Source of the DNA: an uncultured Fibrobacter sp.
Lineage (GTDB): Bacteria > Fibrobacterota > Fibrobacteria > Fibrobacterales > Fibrobacteraceae
Direction of reading: 5' to 3'
Assembly: GCF_900316465.1 (NCBI RefSeq)
Contig: NZ_ONDD01000001.1
Span: forward strand, 51,545 to 115,544
Length of the DNA stretch: 64,000 bases
Each line of letters begins with the position of its first letter. The stretch's first letter is position 1. This document shows positions 49,408 to 59,087 of the stretch, piece after piece. The translations under genes were made by a program, and so were the position numbers. A model generated the notes under the pieces. That model had not been told where the DNA came from. It did not search any database and saw only the letters and a program-made list of their open reading frames with translations.

Positions 49408-51752
49408 TATTCAATACCTAACAAAGCCGGTTCAAAAAGCGCGGGTTCGACAGCCCAAAGCTGCGGGCGGCTCAAGTCATAAATGTAGTCGGTCCAGTCG
49501 GACAACTGGTAAAGCATCTTGGAGCCCGGAGTCGGGAGCGTGAGCGAATGGCCGGAGCCGAGCACTTGCAAATCGATATCGGTGTACTCGCCGATGTCGG
49601 CAAGTTGCTTGGCGACGGCGATGGCGTCGTCGATTCCGCCGAGGCCGTGGACAAGCCCAGCCGAAAGGGCCTTGATACCGATCATGACGCGGCCGCCACC
49701 GTAGGCGGTATCGACGGTCGCCTGCGGGATACCTGTAGCCTTAGAGACAACCCCGGTAAAGCGGTCGTAAAATTCATCCATGTACGCCTGCAAGGCGGCC
49801 TTTTCGCGGTCCGTCCAGGCGCGCGTAAAGGTCGTCGCGTCGGCGTAATCATGCGTCTTGACGGTTTCGGCCTTGAGCCCGATTTTGTCCATAAGGCCCG
49901 AGGCATCGATTTTACCGCCATAGATACCGATGCTACCCACAATGGCCATCGGTTCTGCAAGAATCTTGTCGCCGGCGCAAGCGATGTAGTAACCGCCCGA
50001 AGCCCCCATGTAGCCGATGCTAGAGACGACCGGAATTCCCTGTTCGCTAATATTGCGGAGAGCCGCCCAAATCTTGTCGGAAGCGATAGCGGAACCACCC
50101 GGCGATGAAATGCGCACAATCAAGGCTTCTGCACCCGTCGAAGGCAACTTGCGAATCGATTCAAGCACAGAGCGTTCCATGCGGGAATCAATGGTACCAT
50201 CAATATTCAAGAGGGCAATCTTTGCTCGAGGAGCCCAACTTTCGTTAAAAATCTTCTTGCTGGAGGGAGCCCAAGTGCGATACGCTGCATTCGGGTAGTC
50301 AATATCAAAGAAAGTCTTTAATGCGTAAGAGGGCACTTGATCCAGGTAAAGCAAGGTGTCTACAAGACCCGCGCGCTTTGCCGCAGAGGCGGTGACCAAA
50401 GGTTCGCCCGCCAAGGAATCTAAATGCTTGTAAGCGGCCTCGGCCGGCATTTGAGAGCCGACGCTACGCATAGAAATGTAGGTTTGTAAAGCCGTCCACA
50501 AATCGTTATACAGCGTGTCAAAATTAGCACGAGCCTCAGCCGACATGGAGTCAGCCACATAGGGTTCTACAGCAGACTTGTAAGCCCCATGACGCAGGAA
50601 TTCCGCCTTTACGCCTAGCTTGTCAAACAGCCCCTTATAGAAAAGGATGTTTCCGCCGAGACCTCGCCAGTTCATGTGAGCAGAGGGTTCCACTGCGATA
50701 CGATCCACATGCGCAGACGCCAGTAGCACCGCGGGGCGAATGTCATCCATGTAGGCAACAACCTTGCTTCCGCGAGCCTTGAGTTTTTTGACATAGCGAT
50801 CGATTTCGCTCGATATCCCGATATTGCCCTTGTAGCCCGAAAAGTCTAGAATCACGAGGCCGCAGGCCGGATCGCGCAACATGTGTTCAAACAGATTGCG
50901 CACATGCCAAATGCTAATGGAACTCTTGCGGAAGAACGAAAATTCATCTTCGGTTTCAGAGATCTGCATGTCAAGCGGCACACGGATAATTTGCGCACTC
51001 AAAGAAGCGTTCGGGTTGCGAGCGCTGTGATAGCCCCATGCGCCCCCCTTAGGCAGGAAATCGTCGTACACATGCAGGGCGACATTATTGTAGCCACCGA
51101 AGCTAGTGGAGAACGTAAGGCGATATTCGTCATCGCCATGCAACGGCATGCGAAATCCCCAGCGAACGCCGTAAAGTCCTAGTTCAAAAAGCAAGCGATG
51201 GTCTTCGAAATCTTCGACGTCGTAACTCACGCTAAAGAGAGGGCCAAGACGAAGTGTTGCGCCCAAGTTCTGCACGCGTTCGGGCGCTTGCGGGCCGGCG
51301 TAGAGCACGTTGTCACAGGAGTAGCCGAGCGAGACGAACGAAAGCGGGTGAATCATGACACCCAAATCCATGCTCCATTCCGTGCCTGTAAAGTCTGCAG
51401 TGCGGATAGCGTTTACGCGCTCGCCTACAAAAATTGTGCGATTCAAGAGAGCGTTACCGTGAGTGATGCTCCAACGAGAAAAATCGAGATGGTGTGGACC
51501 CTGGATATATTCAAAGCCCGCAGCCCAGTGTTCTAAATTACCGCCAATGCGAAAATCCTTGATGGACTTATCATAATCATAGCTAATGAGCGCGCCCTTG
51601 GAATCAAAGGCGGCAAGACCGGCCGGGTTGCCCCAAATACCATGTTCATTTTCGAGCGATACAAAGCCCGACTCGCCAGGAATATAGGCAAGGGCATACG
51701 CCGCGCAGAACAAAAAAAGCGCGGGCACAAACTTATTTTGCATCAATTTCAT
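49407..51752 (-). CDS. sppA: Signal peptide peptidase SppA (S49, two-domain) with an N-terminal beta-barrel-like extension
   Basis: GAYKSAVEP, RISSPGGSAIASD, GASGGYYIA, VGSIGI, GRV..G..A...GLV..LGG; N-terminal NPAGLA. Confidence 0.85.
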   Translation of the reverse strand: MKLMQNKFVPALFLFCAAYALAYIPGESGFVSLENEHGIWGNPAGLAAFDSKGALISYDYDKSIKDFRIGGNLEHWAAGFEYIQGPHHLDFSRWSITHGNALLNRTIFVGERVNAIRTADFTGTEWSMDLGVMIHPLSFVSLGYSCDNVLYAGPQAPERVQNLGATLRLGPLFSVSYDVEDFEDHRLLFELGLYGVRWGFRMPLHGDDEYRLTFSTSFGGYNNVALHVYDDFLPKGGAWGYHSARNPNASLSAQIIRVPLDMQISETEDEFSFFRKSSISIWHVRNLFEHMLRDPACGLVILDFSGYKGNIGISSEIDRYVKKLKARGSKVVAYMDDIRPAVLLASAHVDRIAVEPSAHMNWRGLGGNILFYKGLFDKLGVKAEFLRHGAYKSAVEPYVADSMSAEARANFDTLYNDLWTALQTYISMRSVGSQMPAEAAYKHLDSLAGEPLVTASAAKRAGLVDTLLYLDQVPSYALKTFFDIDYPNAAYRTWAPSSKKIFNESWAPRAKIALLNIDGTIDSRMERSVLESIRKLPSTGAEALIVRISSPGGSAIASDKIWAALRNISEQGIPVVSSIGYMGASGGYYIACAGDKILAEPMAIVGSIGIYGGKIDASGLMDKIGLKAETVKTHDYADATTFTRAWTDREKAALQAYMDEFYDRFTGVVSKATGIPQATVDTAYGGGRVMIGIKALSAGLVHGLGGIDDAIAVAKQLADIGEYTDIDLQVLGSGHSLTLPTPGSKMLYQLSDWTDYIYDLSRPQLWAVEPALFEPALLGIE

Positions 51753-52680
51753 TCGCTCTCCCCTTTTTGAACAATTCGCCAATCAAAGAAACCAGTACGA
51801 CCGCATAGCAGGCGTCGTAAAAGCCTCCATACCAATCGTATTCAGGATCTTTATCTCGCGCCGTTTTCTTATAAGAGTTCAAATAATTTAGAAAAGCCTC
51901 GTGTTCGCGTCGCAGGGCATACGCCGGATTTTCATTGCGATAAGCCCCCAAATCCAATGTTACGGATTGTCCATTCATTGAAATTTCAACAGTGCGACTG
52001 TCGCTAGCGCAATTACGATCGGCAATAAATTCGGCCTTTACCGTTCTGAAGTCATAGACGGCATGAACGCGGTCATCCGACAATTCCTCACATTGAAGCG
52101 ACTTGTACATCATGGCGTTCTTATCTACAAAGAGACAAAGTAAGTCCACGTCGTGAATCATCAGGTCGTATTCCACGGAAACATCACGGTTACGCGGCGA
52201 AAAACCGTGCGTTCGCGTAAACTTGAAACAAACCGGGAAAACATCTTGCTTTTGGAGGAACCAGGATTTCAAGCAATTCTGCATTTCCCTGCAGAAGTCA
52301 GTCTTCGCAAATTCTTCAATTGCCGGATTGTAGCGTTCCGAATGCCCGACAAAGACAAGCACGCCCCGCCTCAAGGCAAGTTTCTGGTATTCCAGAGCAT
52401 CCTCCCCAGATACCGACACCGGTTTTTCCACAAGCACCGGGAGCTTCATTTTGATGCATTTTTTGACGTATTCGTCGTGCGTTACGGCAGGAGATGCAAC
52501 AACGGCAAAATCGGGAGCAAGTTCGCCAGTTTTAATCCGTTTGAACAGAGCGGTAGCCTCGGCCGAAGTGTCGGCGACTCCGATAAACTCAACACCGTCT
52601 TCTTCGAACAGCCGCTTGTGCCGCTGCCCCATGGTACCGTTGCCAATCAGGACTGCTTTATAAGAACATGAACTTTGCAT
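51733..52680 (-). CDS. Gfo/Idh/MocA family oxidoreductase
   Basis: IGNGTMG, VLVEKP, VGHSERYNPA, DLMIHDVD. Confidence 0.9.
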   Translation of the reverse strand: MQSSCSYKAVLIGNGTMGQRHKRLFEEDGVEFIGVADTSAEATALFKRIKTGELAPDFAVVASPAVTHDEYVKKCIKMKLPVLVEKPVSVSGEDALEYQKLALRRGVLVFVGHSERYNPAIEEFAKTDFCREMQNCLKSWFLQKQDVFPVCFKFTRTHGFSPRNRDVSVEYDLMIHDVDLLCLFVDKNAMMYKSLQCEELSDDRVHAVYDFRTVKAEFIADRNCASDSRTVEISMNGQSVTLDLGAYRNENPAYALRREHEAFLNYLNSYKKTARDKDPEYDWYGGFYDACYAVVLVSLIGELFKKGRANEIDAK

Positions 52681-53494
52681 AGAGTCCTAACGTATGGCCG
52701 GTTTCCATTCCAAACAGATTGCCGCGATTCATTTCGTAAAAAAGAGCCATTCCTAAAGAATTCTTGAGCACCGAGAAATAATGGGCAGCATCAACACGCA
52801 TTCTAAAACCGCGATAAAGGTCATCCATTTTGCGATACGGCTTTTGCATATTTAGATTTTCGGATTCCTGGATGCGCCAACGGTACAAGAAAACATAATC
52901 AAACTTCCAGCCAGAATAATCATCGCGGTCCCAGAGGAGTTTCCACGAAATGGAGCCCTTTACGCCCAATTCATCACCGGGCTGAAAGTTTCGCTCTTCG
53001 AGGAAAGAGAAATACTCAACAGCAGCCCCCAACACCATATTGCGGGAGAATTCATAAAGGCCAAACGGAGAAACGCCGATTCGATAAAAGCGATTGACGC
53101 GGGAACCTTCGCGGGGAGGAAGCCTCCAGTTGAAATCAACACCCGCAAAAGAAAATGGCATCAGCTTTATGCCCAAATAGGATTCGTTCAGGCCGTTAAC
53201 ATGCAAGTTCAACGCTTCGTGACGCTGGTCATGAAACATGACGTCATATTCATAGCTCAAAAGCCTATAAGAAAAATCGCCATAAATGCTAAAGCAATGG
53301 CAAGGGGCGAACTCCCCCGCCACGTTCAAGTCCGCACTGTAAACGTCATCGCGGAGTTCTGCAACGCCACCAAAGAGGGCGTAGCTTTCCGGGCCGCGAA
53401 CAGGCAGAATGGATTCGCGGGCAACCGCAGAAACCAATCCTAGCAAAAGCAAGATAAGAAAAAAACAGAGAATTCTTTTAGTAGGCGCAGTCAT
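52658..53494 (-). CDS. Hypothetical secreted/outer-membrane protein
   Basis: Signal-like N-terminus and aromatic amphipathic strands; first gene of an overlapping minus-strand run. Confidence 0.6.
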   Translation of the reverse strand: MTAPTKRILCFFLILLLLGLVSAVARESILPVRGPESYALFGGVAELRDDVYSADLNVAGEFAPCHCFSIYGDFSYRLLSYEYDVMFHDQRHEALNLHVNGLNESYLGIKLMPFSFAGVDFNWRLPPREGSRVNRFYRIGVSPFGLYEFSRNMVLGAAVEYFSFLEERNFQPGDELGVKGSISWKLLWDRDDYSGWKFDYVFLYRWRIQESENLNMQKPYRKMDDLYRGFRMRVDAAHYFSVLKNSLGMALFYEMNRGNLFGMETGHTLGLYAKFMFL

Positions 53495-53580
53495 TTATTA
53501 CCATTCAAATTTAAAAATTTAAGTCAATGAGCCGAAGATCACATTTTGTGAAATCACCTTTATATACTATATTTCTTAGC

Positions 53581-56352
53581 ATGGTAAAAAGTTTTTTCTT
53601 CTTAGCAGTGATTGTCTGTTTCTTGGAAGCATGCAGTAACAGTAGCAATACTGAATGCGGCGCCACCGAGGATTGCCTTATTCTTGAAGAAGATAAACTG
53701 TCTTCGGAACCAGACTCTATTTCAAACGGATCTGATTCTATTAATGAATTCCACGAGGGAATGATTCTTGTTAAGGGTTCCGAAAAGGTCGTCATTATAG
53801 GCACTAATAAAAAAGGAGCCCGAGAAAGCGAAACGCCGGAATTAAGAACCGTTCTAGAATACGACTATTTCATGGATTCTGCCTTAGTTAAATGCAAAGA
53901 TTTCAAATCAATAATGGCGGGAACTAAGTTAGCACAAACCTTGAAATGCAACGACAACGAGCCCATTACCGACATAACCTTCTTTGACGCAGTTCTCTTT
54001 GCAAACAAGAGAAGTAGCAAAGAGAAGCTTGACAGCGCCTACGACTATTCAAAAGCAGTTTATGATAACGAGGGGCACTGCACCAACCTCAGCAGTTTTC
54101 TTTTCCGTGAAAGCCGTAAGGGATACCGAATACCAACCGAAGCAGAATGGATCAAAGCAGCGACCAGTTCCTACAAATTCCAGTTTTTTTCGGGAAAACC
54201 CATGGAATGGTCGAACGATTTTCTTGGGCAACTCAAGGATACAACTATCGTAAACTTTACTGGAGTCAAAAACGCCAACGATTTGGGCGAAAGAATTGTC
54301 AAACGCTACAACAGGAGCCCAGATTCTACGAATGTTGATTTATATTCCAGAGGAGACGTATACACTGTAACTTCAGCCTCCCACGCAGACTATATCGGAT
54401 TCCGTCTTGCTATCGGCGCCATTCCAAATGCCATATGGCTAGATAATAAAGGCTACGCTTCCAGCGCTCCAATTACCATTCTTGCAAATTCCACCGACTT
54501 ATGGGATGTTTCAAAAACAACGGACATGAAAATGGCTTTTCTAAATTACCAGAGCGGTAATTTAGCATACATTGATTACGCAATAGGCGGAAATACTATT
54601 ACAGAAATTAACGATACCGTCCACGTATTTCATCCTGATATATCTCCCGATGGCAAAAAAGTTGCTTTCTGTACTGGAATTGAAGGCGTTTCAAGTCTGT
54701 CAAACGTTTATGTACGAAACCTAGACTCCATCGGTTCCAACCTAGTGAAGCTCAATGTGGAAAGCGCCGCTATCCCCCGTTGGAAAGTCCTCGAAAACGG
54801 AGACACCGCCATTACCTATGTTTCAAACCCCGGGAACAACAAAGACAATGCGACGTTTAAAAATTACAGTACCTGGCAAGTCATTTTTGCAAACGGCAAA
54901 TTTGGCAAACCGCAAAAGCTATTTGATGGAGCATACCATGGGGGTATAAGTAATGGCTTGGCAGTATCCGGAGCAAGACTTTTACGTGCAAGAGTGCACA
55001 ATAAAGACACAATTTGGTACAATAACGAACAAGCCTGTAACGTATCACTTTCTAAAGACAACTCTAAACGCACCGCATTTTTGGACTTCGGCGGGAAAAC
55101 TGGCCAAACCTTTGTTGGAAAAAAATACTCGACACACCAATACATCCTTATTGCCGATAGTACGGGAAATTTAACACACTATGTACAGGCACCAACAGGT
55201 TACACCTTTGACCACAGCGAATGGACTGTTGGCAATGCAAATGACAATATCGTAGCAACCCTCGTCAATACCGATGGAGCACATAAGCGCATCACACTTA
55301 TTGATTTAGCAAGCAACACTTCCATAGACCTTGTTGAAGGAGACGAGCTATGGCACCCCTGTTTCTGGGCTAAGCCACAAATGAAAGTCTCGCTCTCCAG
55401 TAGCAGCAACGCCAGCGAAGATACCATCCATTCGAGTAGCAGCGGATTTATTCTTGACCCTGATAGTGCCGGTTTGTATTACAATGCATCAGGCATTTAC
55501 CCTACAGCAGACCGTTGGCGTTATAAAATGGAACTGTTATGGGGCTATAAAGATTCCGCAAACATAATCGCATTGGGATCTTCACGAACAGAAAATGGCA
55601 TAAAGCCTCTAGCCTTCACAAGCCCAGCATTCGCTGTTAACTTTGGAAGTTCCGGCAATTCCATACAAGGTTCATACCTTTTTCTTGAAAAGTATCTTTT
55701 CCATCACATACAAAATTTAAAAGTAATCATTTTTGAATTAGATATTGACAGATGGTCTTGTTGTAACAACAGCCTCTTAAACAATCCATACAAACATTAC
55801 TCAGGGTATGTCTATGATGAAAACCATAATTTTTGGAAAGACTACTATCCACCAAACCTATACAATCTAACTTATGATTCCCCAGGCACACCATCAATTG
55901 CAGCTAAGTACCGTAAAAACAGAGGCCAAGATCCTATAAGCGGTTCAAGCTGGAATTACCCGGAAGTTTCAAATGATTCCACATGGTTATCGAGCAATAA
56001 ATCACTCTTCTACAAGAAAATAGACATGTTGAAAGAAATCATACAAATAAGCAAAGAAAAAAACATTTTTGTCATAGGAGTTATTTTCCCACAAAACCCC
56101 CAATACAAAGAAACCGGGTCTTTCGGACGTTACGGACTGTTGCGCAGCGAAGCCCCTTCACTCATTGAAGAAATCCAAGCCATTAACAAGATATACCCTA
56201 ATTTTATTTTATTTGACGAAAATAAAATGGGAGACCATGATTACCCGAATGAACTTGCTCAGGGTACAGATCATTTAAACGCAAATGGCGCCGAGAAAAT
56301 CACACATCGTCTCGATTCATTGATCCAGACTCTTGACATTGACTGGAATTAG
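53581..56352 (+). CDS. TIGR02171-type Fibrobacter lipoprotein: FGE/SUMF1-like domain, PD40-like region, SGNH-like C-terminus
   Basis: Lipobox LEA-C; GYRIPTEAEW and YIGFRLA; HPDISPDGKKVAF; ALGSSR ... DHLNANGA. Start MVKSF at 53581. Confidence 0.8.
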   Translation: MVKSFFFLAVIVCFLEACSNSSNTECGATEDCLILEEDKLSSEPDSISNGSDSINEFHEGMILVKGSEKVVIIGTNKKGARESETPELRTVLEYDYFMDSALVKCKDFKSIMAGTKLAQTLKCNDNEPITDITFFDAVLFANKRSSKEKLDSAYDYSKAVYDNEGHCTNLSSFLFRESRKGYRIPTEAEWIKAATSSYKFQFFSGKPMEWSNDFLGQLKDTTIVNFTGVKNANDLGERIVKRYNRSPDSTNVDLYSRGDVYTVTSASHADYIGFRLAIGAIPNAIWLDNKGYASSAPITILANSTDLWDVSKTTDMKMAFLNYQSGNLAYIDYAIGGNTITEINDTVHVFHPDISPDGKKVAFCTGIEGVSSLSNVYVRNLDSIGSNLVKLNVESAAIPRWKVLENGDTAITYVSNPGNNKDNATFKNYSTWQVIFANGKFGKPQKLFDGAYHGGISNGLAVSGARLLRARVHNKDTIWYNNEQACNVSLSKDNSKRTAFLDFGGKTGQTFVGKKYSTHQYILIADSTGNLTHYVQAPTGYTFDHSEWTVGNANDNIVATLVNTDGAHKRITLIDLASNTSIDLVEGDELWHPCFWAKPQMKVSLSSSSNASEDTIHSSSSGFILDPDSAGLYYNASGIYPTADRWRYKMELLWGYKDSANIIALGSSRTENGIKPLAFTSPAFAVNFGSSGNSIQGSYLFLEKYLFHHIQNLKVIIFELDIDRWSCCNNSLLNNPYKHYSGYVYDENHNFWKDYYPPNLYNLTYDSPGTPSIAAKYRKNRGQDPISGSSWNYPEVSNDSTWLSSNKSLFYKKIDMLKEIIQISKEKNIFVIGVIFPQNPQYKETGSFGRYGLLRSEAPSLIEEIQAINKIYPNFILFDENKMGDHDYPNELAQGTDHLNANGAEKITHRLDSLIQTLDIDWN

Positions 56353-56357
56353 CCGTA

Positions 56358-57590
56358 ATGCAGAACTATCGGAATGCACTCATTCTTTTGCAGATTATTC
56401 TATTCTGCTTTCTATTCAGCGCATGTACATGGAACGACACCGAGAGCAATCCTGATTTTTTGCCGTTGGACGATTCGGAGTACCCCTACGCCGACTTACC
56501 TCGGCTTGTGATTGAAACGGAAGACTTCGCTCAAATCAATGATAGAGAAACAAAGATTCCCTCTAAATTACAGATATACGGGAAAGATCGTCCGGAAAGC
56601 GAAGTTTTAGACTTGACCGTTAAAGGGCGCGGACACTCCAGCTTTACCATGGCAAAATACAGCATCAAGCTAAATTTTGAGCAAAAACAGAGTTTGTTTG
56701 GTATGCCGGAAGACAAGGAATGGGATTTAGTTTCTAACCAGCGCGACAAAAGCATGCTCCGGAATCATTTCACCTACCAGCTTGCGCGCACTTTGCAAGA
56801 CGACTATTCTCCCCGCAATCAATTTGTAGAACTATACCTAAATCGCAACTATATGGGAGTCTATCTTCTGGTAGAACACATTAAAGTCGCCAAACATCGC
56901 GTCAACATTTCCAAAAGTGATTCCAGCTTCCTTTTTGAAAAAACAAGAGATGCAGATGACGACGACATCTTGTTGCAGAGCCACCTCAATTGTACATTCA
57001 ACATCAAGTATCCCAAAGACCCAACTCAAAAAAGCCTTGAACTTTTAGAATCTCATATCAACGAATTTGAAAAAGGAATTTCTAACGACAGTATTACGCT
57101 TTCTGAATGGATTGATATTGAAGACTTTGTTCGCTACTACTGGATTCAGGAATTTTCAAAGAACATTGACGGAGCCTTCGGTCGAAGCATCTTCATCACT
57201 TGGCAGTACAATTTTCCATTCCAAATGGGACCAGTCTGGGATTTTGACGTCGCCTACGGAATCGGGAACACTCGAATGATGAGTCCTTATGATTGGTATG
57301 TACGTTATCAAGGGTGGTACAAGTATCTTTTCAAAAATAATGAATTCAAAAAGGCTGTTTCCCAATACTGGAAAAATAACCGTCAGACATTCTTAGACGC
57401 TGTTGACTCCATAACACCCGCCGCGAAAAAGTTAAGCAAGGCTTCTAGAAACGAGTTTAAGCGCTGGCCCACGCTACAGAACGATTCAGATTGGCCTTTT
57501 GTTGACTCTTACGAGAACTACGACAAAGCCGTAGACAGTTTAAAGAGCTGGATTACTCAACGAATCCAGTGGATCGACGACAACATCTGA
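56358..57590 (+). CDS. CotH kinase family lipoprotein
   Basis: Lipobox FSA-C; KGRGHSS, DKSMLRN, VELYLNxxYMGVYLLVE, KNID, GPVWDFD. Confidence 0.9.
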   Translation: MQNYRNALILLQIILFCFLFSACTWNDTESNPDFLPLDDSEYPYADLPRLVIETEDFAQINDRETKIPSKLQIYGKDRPESEVLDLTVKGRGHSSFTMAKYSIKLNFEQKQSLFGMPEDKEWDLVSNQRDKSMLRNHFTYQLARTLQDDYSPRNQFVELYLNRNYMGVYLLVEHIKVAKHRVNISKSDSSFLFEKTRDADDDDILLQSHLNCTFNIKYPKDPTQKSLELLESHINEFEKGISNDSITLSEWIDIEDFVRYYWIQEFSKNIDGAFGRSIFITWQYNFPFQMGPVWDFDVAYGIGNTRMMSPYDWYVRYQGWYKYLFKNNEFKKAVSQYWKNNRQTFLDAVDSITPAAKKLSKASRNEFKRWPTLQNDSDWPFVDSYENYDKAVDSLKSWITQRIQWIDDNI

Positions 57591-58901
57591 CAAGGCTTCC
57601 TTCTGCATCGCTGTTTCTATCCAGAAGTACCTTTCGCCAATCCATTCTTTCAAATCTTCAACAGCATCTTTATAGCTATCGTAGGCGACGAAATGGTGAT
57701 CGTCATCAACACGCTTCAGAATTTTCCAACGCTTAAAATTATTTTCCGCCGCCTTTTCTAGCACATTGTACACGGAATCCGCATCCGTTAATAATTTCAT
57801 GAAAGACGTCTTGTTTCGTTCCCAGAAATGAATCATGGCATTTCTCACAACCGGGTCCATAAACGCGTAGGCGTTCCAATAGGAATTTTTCACATGCCAG
57901 TTTTCAACTTGTTTTATACGTTGCTTGCGATGTCCACCAAAAGCAAGGTCAAAGTCCCAAACTGGGCCCATCGTTATGACACCATTCCTGGTCCAAGTAA
58001 AATAAACGCTTGTATAAAAAGCAGCATCGGGATTCTTCGGAAATTCCTGGAGCCAAAAATGCCTTACGTATTCATCCACATCGATCCAGTCTCGCATGTC
58101 ATTGTCTTTATCGATAGTAACAGTTTTTAAGTGTTTTTCGAAATTGCGAAGATAATCCTTCAATGCATCAAGACTTTCTTCGGAAGCCTTCCTAGGTTCA
58201 TGAACGCGAAACGGCATTGCATCGTCCTTCAGCACCTTCAAGAAAATAACTTGATCTTCTTTACGGTACTTGCCATCGACTTCGACTATATAGGAATTTT
58301 CATTTTGCGGAAGACTCACCCTGCTCTTTGACTTCTTGATGGTCTCCGTCAACAAGTATACGCCTAGATATTCCCTGTTCAGGAACAATTCCACAAATTC
58401 ACATCGCGGAGCGTAATACGCCCCCACCCTATTAGAGAGTCGATACATGAGGTAATTCTTCATCAAGGACTTGTCCACGTAATTCGAAACAAGCGCCCAA
58501 TCCCTATCCTTAGGCATTCCCAACAGGGACTGCTTTTTAGAAAATTCAAGCTTGTAACTTTTTTGGGGCATTAACCAAGAAGAATTTCCACGGCCCCGAA
58601 TGGTCAATTCCATCGCATCCGTATCAGGGAAACTTTCGTTTCCGATCCACATCTTCGCAGGGATTTCCGTTTCACGGTCGCGAACGGCAACGTTATCTTC
58701 CGTTTCAATAAACAATCTTGGGATTCCCGCATACGGATAATCCACACTTAAGGCCGATTGTGCTGAATAGGCTTCTCCTGTTTCTACCAAGGAGGCTACG
58801 TCATTATCGGTATACAGGTATTCACTGTTGCTACAGGCAAAAAATGTTACTCCTAAAAGTAACATAAAGACAACTTTATACCAGCATCCACAAAATCGCA
58901 T
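57540..58901 (-). CDS. CotH kinase family lipoprotein (paralog)
   Basis: Lipobox FFA-C; RGRGNSSW, QKSYKL, DKSLMKN, GVYLLTE, KNPD, GPVWDFDLAFG. Likely start near 58901. Confidence 0.88.
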   Translation of the reverse strand: MRFCGCWYKVVFMLLLGVTFFACSNSEYLYTDNDVASLVETGEAYSAQSALSVDYPYAGIPRLFIETEDNVAVRDRETEIPAKMWIGNESFPDTDAMELTIRGRGNSSWLMPQKSYKLEFSKKQSLLGMPKDRDWALVSNYVDKSLMKNYLMYRLSNRVGAYYAPRCEFVELFLNREYLGVYLLTETIKKSKSRVSLPQNENSYIVEVDGKYRKEDQVIFLKVLKDDAMPFRVHEPRKASEESLDALKDYLRNFEKHLKTVTIDKDNDMRDWIDVDEYVRHFWLQEFPKNPDAAFYTSVYFTWTRNGVITMGPVWDFDLAFGGHRKQRIKQVENWHVKNSYWNAYAFMDPVVRNAMIHFWERNKTSFMKLLTDADSVYNVLEKAAENNFKRWKILKRVDDDHHFVAYDSYKDAVEDLKEWIGERYFWIETAMQKEALSDVVVDPLDSLSNPAL

Positions 58902-59087
58902 AACAGTCACAATTCCTAGGTGACTCCCCACCGACCCCTTTTGCCAACCAAGCAAAATATATACTTTTTTTGACAAATCGAACCCAGAAAATTTTGCACC
59001 AAGCTCATCAAGGGCCAAAACGGCAATATCCAAGATGGAGCTAAAGCTATTTTTATCTATTTTTAAGGGTAAGAGGAAAATAGCACT

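Noticed and set aside
53760..54420. DGR target (FGE/CLec-like domain)
   Set aside because: No reverse transcriptase and no template-repeat copy seen; the domain is N-terminal, not at a variable C-terminus.
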